Source: Acidimicrobiales bacterium (GTDB taxonomy: Bacteria > Actinomycetota > Acidimicrobiia > Acidimicrobiales > VFJN01). Taken from it: a DNA stretch of 64,000 nucleotides. The stretch is taken from contig JBJMHD010000112.1 of NCBI GenBank assembly GCA_045807565.1, positions 15,212 through 79,211 of the forward strand, written 5' to 3'. Shown one piece after another: positions 59,177 through 64,000 of this stretch. The notes under the pieces are model-generated. The model saw only the letters and a list, made by a program, of their open reading frames with translations, ran no database searches and was not told where the DNA came from. The position numbers and the translations under genes are program-made. Numbering within the stretch: position 1 is the first letter of the stretch; every line of letters starts with the position of its first letter.

Positions 59177-59344
59177 ATGCGACCCATCCCCGTCCGCCAC
59201 CTGCGCTCGGTAGGTCTCGAAGCCGTGGACGGTGACGGCCACGTGTTGGTGGAGACCCCTGAGCACGAGATCCTCGACTTCGACGGCTGCTCTGCTGACG
59301 AGATCGACGCCAAGCTGCACGACTTCGAGGCCTGGGCCTCGTAG
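59177..59344 (+). CDS. hypothetical small acidic protein (55 aa)
   Basis: Below the ORF-track size cut-off. Hand translation: MRPIPVRHLRSVGLEAVDGDGHVLVETPEHEILDFDGCSADEIDAKLHDFEAWAS. GC3 is clearly higher in this frame than in the listed antisense ORFs. Weak SD. Confidence 0.35.
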   Translation: MRPIPVRHLRSVGLEAVDGDGHVLVETPEHEILDFDGCSADEIDAKLHDFEAWAS

Positions 59345-59361
59345 GCGCGCGGGACGCGCTC

Positions 59362-59805
59362 TCAGCTCGCGGCCACGGTGACGCCGTGGTGGGCCTGGAC
59401 CGCGTGGAGCGCGGCGAAGTCGGGCGGGCCGTCGGTGGCTGCGTTGAGGATGTCGGCGATGCTGAGGAAGTAGTCCTCCTCGAACAGCCCGGGCGTGGAC
59501 ACGACGAGCATCCAGGCGTCCGCGCTCGTGTGGTTGTCGAACTTGTGGGTCTGCCCACGCCGGACGCAGACCGCCTGGCCTTCGTCGAGCTCGATGCGCT
59601 CGCCGTCGATCGTGTAGGTCATCGTCCCTTGGGTGCAGTAGACGGTCTCGTCCCAGTCAGCGTGGTGGTGGGGCGGCGGGGTCTGCGCGCCCGGTGCGAC
59701 CCGGGCGAGGAAGGCCGTCGTGGTCCCGCCCGAGTCGTCCGCGTCGATGAGGAACTGGACGTCGATGCCGGGGGTCGTGATCAGTTCCTTGGTGGCCTTT
59801 GCCAT
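59362..59805 (-). CDS. cupin domain protein
   Basis: ORF as listed. PPHHHADWDETVYCTQG...GQTHKF. Confidence 0.8.
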   Translation of the reverse strand: MAKATKELITTPGIDVQFLIDADDSGGTTTAFLARVAPGAQTPPPHHHADWDETVYCTQGTMTYTIDGERIELDEGQAVCVRRGQTHKFDNHTSADAWMLVVSTPGLFEEDYFLSIADILNAATDGPPDFAALHAVQAHHGVTVAAS

Positions 59806-59834
59806 GGTGAGCTCCCTCTCGAGCGTTGGAAGAA

Positions 59835-59877
59835 AGTAAAGTCACTGTACCCCTTCGATCGGATGGAGTAAAGTGGC
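59835..59877 (+). promoter_or_regulatory. duplicated AGTAAAGT boxes in the cupin/MarR divergent spacer (promoter -10 and/or operator)
   Basis: AGTAAAGTCAC (59835-59845) and AGTAAAGTGGC (59867-59877) are 32 bp apart. The second TAAAGT ends 6 nt before the marR ATG, which suggests a leaderless transcript. Confidence 0.4.
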
Positions 59878-59880
59878 TTT

Positions 59881-60348
59881 ATGACTCAGCGTGCCGCCGG
59901 GAGCCCACCGCCGCTGCTCGGGGCACTCGTACGGCGCCCGGCCGAGGCGGTGCACCTCAGGATCCTGCGCGAGGCCAACGAAGCCGGGTTCACAGATCTG
60001 GTGCCGGCGCACCTGGCGGTGCTGCGCTATCCCGGCCCAGATGGTCGGCGGCCATCGGACCTGGCCGCCGAGGTCGGCGCGACGAAGCAAGCGATGAACT
60101 ACTTGCTCGGCCAGCTCGAACAGCTCGGCTATGTCGAGCGGCGGGGTGATCCCGGCGATCAACGATCCAAGCGCGTGCACCTCACCGAGCGCGGCCGAGC
60201 CCTGGGCTCGGTGATGCGGCGCACGGTGACCAAGATCGAACGAGAGCTCGAAGACGAGCTCGGCACGACGTCCTACGCCCAGCTCCGCAAGCTCCTCGTC
60301 CGCCTGAACGACACCAGGACGATCAGAGCCGAGCGCGACACCCCGTGA
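59881..60348 (+). CDS. MarR family transcriptional regulator
   Basis: ORF as listed. PSDLAAEVGATKQAMNYLLGQLEQLGYVERRGDPGDQRSKRVHLTERG is a wHTH. Confidence 0.88.
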   Translation: MTQRAAGSPPPLLGALVRRPAEAVHLRILREANEAGFTDLVPAHLAVLRYPGPDGRRPSDLAAEVGATKQAMNYLLGQLEQLGYVERRGDPGDQRSKRVHLTERGRALGSVMRRTVTKIERELEDELGTTSYAQLRKLLVRLNDTRTIRAERDTP

Positions 60349-60580
60349 GCGCTCGCGCTCGGAGCGCGGGAGGATCCCACGCCGACGGCGGCAAGCCCGC
60401 ACCATGGCCTGTCGCCCGGCCGAGGGGTATCCTTGGGGCGTCGTTGAGTAGCTAGCGGCTCACTCCGGCATCACCCAAGGACTGCGGTGGACGGCACGGC
60501 ACGTTGACGACGAGCGGGCGCTCGACCTTCCGCCAGGTCGCGTCCGCCCCCAAAGGGCTGGCTTCCTGCTGCCCTTGGAC

Positions 60581-60614
60581 CCACGGCCCCTGGATCCGCC
60601 GCCAGGGGCCGTGG
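60581..60614 (+). other. perfect 13-bp hairpin in the 5' region of the LuxR-type gene
   Basis: CCACGGCCCCTGG / CCAGGGGCCGTGG with an 8-nt loop, 77 nt upstream of GTG 60691. No U-tract. Confidence 0.45.
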
Positions 60615-60690
60615 CGCGTGTCACCGATCGGCTCCGTGCCGCCGGGGTCTGTCGAGCGGCAAGCCGTGAAGCAGCAGGCAAGATGGTGAC

Positions 60691-61728
60691 GTGCCACGGG
60701 ATCCAGTGGGCGGAGGTGCAGCGAGCGCGCTCGAGGCGGCAGTGGGCTCGACCGACCTCGCGGTCGGACTGGTGGACCTGAGCGATTGCACGATCGCGTC
60801 GATCAGCCAACCGTGGCTGTCCCACCTGGGTCTGCCCGCGGAGTCGGTCGTCGGTCGTCCGGCCATCGACCTCATCCGACGCGACAAGGACGCCGCCATC
60901 AGCGTGCTGCACTCCATGCGCGACGGGGCCATCAGCGCGTACGTCGCCCGTCGTGAGTTCACAGCGCCGCTTGGCGTCGAGCCCATGACCACCGTCTGGG
61001 CGCGGTCGTTCGTGCTCGGCGAACGCCACTACGCCCTGGTGCAGGTGGCCCCTGCGACCGATGGCGCCGTCAGCCCGATCACGCGGCACCTGGGTCGCGA
61101 GCCGGTGACGATGGCCATCGGTACCTTTGATCCGGGGTTCACGATCACCGCCATGAGCCGCGACGTCGAGGACCTGCTCGGGGTGAAGCCTCTCGACCTC
61201 GTCGGGAAGAACCTGCTGTCGGTTGTCGCCCGACCGGACGTGGAGCGGCTGCTCGGCGCGATCGACGGGCTGGGTCAGCAGGCCCTCGCGCTCGGGCTCC
61301 ACATGCGTGACGACGGAGGCGATTGGGTGGGCATCTGCTGCGTGCTCGCGTCGCTGGCGGGGAACCCTGATCGCTGCTTCATGCTCGTCCCCGAGCCCGA
61401 CGACTCGCCCGGCTCGCGCGTGGCCGAGCTCGAGCACCACCTCTGGACCATCGCGGCGGTCGTGGAGGCGAGCGGCGTCCTCCAGGGCATCGGCCCGATG
61501 CGAGACATGACGGCGCTGCCGCAGGCGAACAGCCTGACCACCCGGCAGTGGGAGATCTTGGCTCGCATCGGCCGCGGCGAACGCGTTCCGACCATCGCCG
61601 CCGAGCTGCACCTGAGCCAGAGCACGGTCCGGAACCACCTGTCCGCGATCTTCAAGCGCTTCGGCGTGCGCTCCCAACCGGAGCTCCTGCGCGTGATCGA
61701 TGCCGCCCTCGACGCCAACCCGACCTGA
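60691..61728 (+). CDS. PAS-like sensor domains fused to a LuxR-type HTH regulator
   Basis: ORF as listed (GTG; start uncertain). C-terminal LTTRQWEILARIGRGERVPTIAAELHLSQSTVRNHLSAIFKRFGV. Confidence 0.8.
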   Translation: MPRDPVGGGAASALEAAVGSTDLAVGLVDLSDCTIASISQPWLSHLGLPAESVVGRPAIDLIRRDKDAAISVLHSMRDGAISAYVARREFTAPLGVEPMTTVWARSFVLGERHYALVQVAPATDGAVSPITRHLGREPVTMAIGTFDPGFTITAMSRDVEDLLGVKPLDLVGKNLLSVVARPDVERLLGAIDGLGQQALALGLHMRDDGGDWVGICCVLASLAGNPDRCFMLVPEPDDSPGSRVAELEHHLWTIAAVVEASGVLQGIGPMRDMTALPQANSLTTRQWEILARIGRGERVPTIAAELHLSQSTVRNHLSAIFKRFGVRSQPELLRVIDAALDANPT

Positions 61729-61785
61729 CTGCTCCTCGCCCGCGATCGGCGTCTAGCACGACGGACGGAGTGCCCAGCGGAAAGT

Positions 61786-63432
61786 GTGCGCTCGAGGGCG
61801 AACCTCGACAGCGTGGTGAACGACAGCAACGCGACAGAAGCGGTCATCGCCGATCGCATGATCACCCCGGTCGCGGTCATCGCGACCGACAGCACCCTGC
61901 AGTACATCAACCCCGCGGGAGCTCTGACCCTCGGCCAGGAGCGCGGCTGGTTGATGGGCCGGCGGATGCTCGACCTCGTCCACCCCGACGACCGGCATCG
62001 AGTCGACGTCGAGCTACGGATGGTGGTGTCCGGCCGGCCCATCAGCGGAACCACGCGGTACCGCCTCCGGGCCAACCCCGCTCGAGAGTGGCGCCTGTTC
62101 GAATCCACCGTCGACAACCTCCTCGACGACCCACGCGTGGGAGGGATCCTCGTCTCGAGCCGTGACGTCACCGACGAAGTCGCCCAGCAAGTCGCGCTGC
62201 GGAGCGCGGCGTTCACCCACTCGCTCACCGGACTGCCCAACCGCAGCGCCATCGACAAGGCCCTCCGAGAGATCACCGATGCTCACGGTGACGAGGAAGT
62301 TGCGGTGGGGTTCGTCGGTGTCGAACGACTCCAGCTCGTCCGGCAATCGCTTGGCCAGACCGCGACCGATGCCCTCCTCCGAATCATCGCAAACCGTTGT
62401 CGCGCCGCGGTGGCCTCGACCCATCTGGTCGGACAGATCGACAGCGAGACCTTCGTGGTGGTGATCACCGGCGCCGCGGTGGGCGAGGCCATGGAGATCC
62501 TCTGGCGGGTCGTCCATCGAGTCAGCGAACCGATCTTCATCGAGGCCCACGAGCTCGTCCTCTCCGCGAGCGCGGGTCTCGTCGTGCCCGAAGGGGCCAG
62601 CACCGCCGAAGGCCTGCTCGATGACGCGGCGCTGGCGCTCCACTACGCCACGACCCACGGGGGAGGGCGCGTCGTCCTCTTCGATCCCGGGTTCCGGCGT
62701 CTTGCGAGGGTGCGGCTCGAGATGGAAGCGAACCTTCGCCAAGCGTTCGCCAACGACGATCTGTGGATCGCACTTCAACCGATCGTCGCTCTCCCTGATG
62801 CCACTCCCGTCCGGGCAGAGGTCCTTCTCCGCTGGGATTGCAACGGCACAGCCGTCCCACCTGACGAGTTCATCACGATCGCGGAAGAGACCGGCTTGAT
62901 CATCCCCATCGGCGACCGTGTGATCGACGCCGCCGCCCGAATCGCGGTCCGTGCACCAGGCGGGCAGCTTCTCGTGAACCTCTCTCCTCGGCAGCTCGCG
63001 TCGCCACGGCTCGTCGAACGGATCGACGGCATCCTGCGGAGTCGCCACGTCGCCCCGCATGCCATCGGCTTCGAGGTGACCGAGACGCTCCTGATCGAAC
63101 ACTTCGACTACGCCGCCGACACGATGTCCCGCATCAGGGAGCTGGGATGCCCCGTCGGTCTCGACGACTTCGGAACCGGCTACTCGTCGCTGAGCTATCT
63201 GCGGCGGCTGCCTCTTGACTTCATCAAGATCGATGGGACCCTCACGCAGGGCATCGACACGAGCCCGGAGGCTCGGTCGATCGTCGGGTCTGTGATCGAT
63301 CTGGCCGGTGCCCTTCACCTGGACGTGATCGCCGAAGGGGTCGAGACCCCCAGCGAAGCCGCGACGCTGAGCGAGCTGGGCTGCTCGCACGCGCAGGGAT
63401 ACCTGTTCGGCAGGCCATCCCGACCCGAGTAG
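61786..63432 (+). CDS. PAS - degenerate GGDEF - EAL (EVL) cyclic-di-GMP phosphodiesterase
   Basis: ORF as listed (GTG). The GGDEF position reads GQIDSETF. The EAL domain is intact: EVLLRW, DDFGTGYSSLSYL, KIDG, EGVET and QGYLFGRP. Confidence 0.85.
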   Translation: MRSRANLDSVVNDSNATEAVIADRMITPVAVIATDSTLQYINPAGALTLGQERGWLMGRRMLDLVHPDDRHRVDVELRMVVSGRPISGTTRYRLRANPAREWRLFESTVDNLLDDPRVGGILVSSRDVTDEVAQQVALRSAAFTHSLTGLPNRSAIDKALREITDAHGDEEVAVGFVGVERLQLVRQSLGQTATDALLRIIANRCRAAVASTHLVGQIDSETFVVVITGAAVGEAMEILWRVVHRVSEPIFIEAHELVLSASAGLVVPEGASTAEGLLDDAALALHYATTHGGGRVVLFDPGFRRLARVRLEMEANLRQAFANDDLWIALQPIVALPDATPVRAEVLLRWDCNGTAVPPDEFITIAEETGLIIPIGDRVIDAAARIAVRAPGGQLLVNLSPRQLASPRLVERIDGILRSRHVAPHAIGFEVTETLLIEHFDYAADTMSRIRELGCPVGLDDFGTGYSSLSYLRRLPLDFIKIDGTLTQGIDTSPEARSIVGSVIDLAGALHLDVIAEGVETPSEAATLSELGCSHAQGYLFGRPSRPE

Positions 63433-63453
63433 GTCGCCTCGGCTGCCGTCCTG

Positions 63454-64000
63454 TCAGGCGCCGGGCACGGGGAGCTCACCGGTCCGCCCCGGTGAGCTCC
63501 CCATCTCCCCGTCCCGGATCGACCACCCGCGGATCTCGGCGGCGATGGAGTCACACATCTGGGCCGCAGCACGGGGATCGACTCGAACGGCGATCCACAC
63601 CCCGAGCGTCCACGCCACGAGCATCTGCGTCCGCACCTGTCGCTCGTCGCCGTCGATCCCTGCTCCGGCGAGGGAGTTCGAGAACGCGGCCGTCACGCGC
63701 TGCAGGTACCAGGACCCCGTGCCCGAGAACGCAGGGTCCCGCCCCGCTCGCTCTGCGATTGAGTTGACCATGAGACATCCGCGCCTGGCCCCGCGCCGGC
63801 GAAACCGAACGGCGACCGCTTCGAAGAATCCGGCCGCATCAGCCAAACCCGCTTCCGGCGTCTCCATCGGCGCAAACAACGACTCCGTCACCGTCGACTG
63901 GTACGCGGCCAACGACGCGTCGAAGAGCCCTTCCTTCGAGCCGAACGCGAGATAGAGGCTCGACCGGCTCAAGCCGGTGGCAGCCTCGAGGTCGTCGATG
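63454..64000 (-). CDS. TetR/AcrR family transcriptional regulator (partial; N-terminus beyond right edge)
   Basis: The ORF 63454..63972 frame stays open to the window end. IDDLEAATGLSRSSLYLAFGSKEGLF is a TetR HTH. Confidence 0.85.
   Translation of the reverse strand, partial: IDDLEAATGLSRSSLYLAFGSKEGLFDASLAAYQSTVTESLFAPMETPEAGLADAAGFFEAVAVRFRRRGARRGCLMVNSIAERAGRDPAFSGTGSWYLQRVTAAFSNSLAGAGIDGDERQVRTQMLVAWTLGVWIAVRVDPRAAAQMCDSIAAEIRGWSIRDGEMGSSPGRTGELPVPGA

Noticed and set aside
60349-60690. Tested whether the leader of the LuxR-type gene is a c-di-GMP (GEMM-I/II) riboswitch.
   Set aside because: I could not find the conserved GEMM features by eye; only a generic perfect hairpin is present. 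This needs cmsearch and is not claimed.

Overview
Very GC-rich actinobacterial-type chromosomal segment (by eye well above 65 percent GC, with strong GC3 bias in real genes). No homology or folding tools were run, so product names come from motifs I read in the translations. Many long ORFs in the six-frame track are Arg/Pro/Gly-rich alternate-frame artefacts and were not called.

Layout:
- 1-40.8 kb is core metabolism. It holds serC and an aspartate-type aminotransferase, an S9 peptidase, and a BMP-type nucleoside ABC transporter with cdd and deoA. It also holds serA, leuA, leuCD with a divergent IclR regulator, greA, leuB-ilvE-cimA and gltX followed by tRNA-Gln and tRNA-Glu, interspersed with F420- and mycothiol-type enzymes and a GGDEF cyclase.
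- 40.8-51 kb, starting right after tRNA-Glu, looks like an accessory zone of single tailoring or detoxification genes with long spacers. I saw no integrase there.
- 51-64 kb is regulator-rich. It holds an ECF sigma operon, a long-form SHMT, a methyltransferase plus sulfotransferase, a MarR/cupin pair, a PAS-LuxR regulator, a PAS-degenerate-GGDEF-EAL protein and a TetR fragment.

Elements too small for the ORF track:
- A Leu-codon leader peptide and terminator before leuA.
- An Ile/Val-codon leader peptide and terminator before leuB-ilvE-cimA.
- A ZTP (pfl-motif) riboswitch before the SHMT gene.
- Two tRNAs and several strong hairpins and palindromes.

The most system-like unexplained locus is the ECF sigma / anti-sigma / paralogous membrane protein trio. 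The last two share a duplicated C-terminal module of about 132 aa with two conserved Cys, and a Tat-exported protein gene lies downstream. I saw no CRISPR array, transposase, integrase or rRNA.
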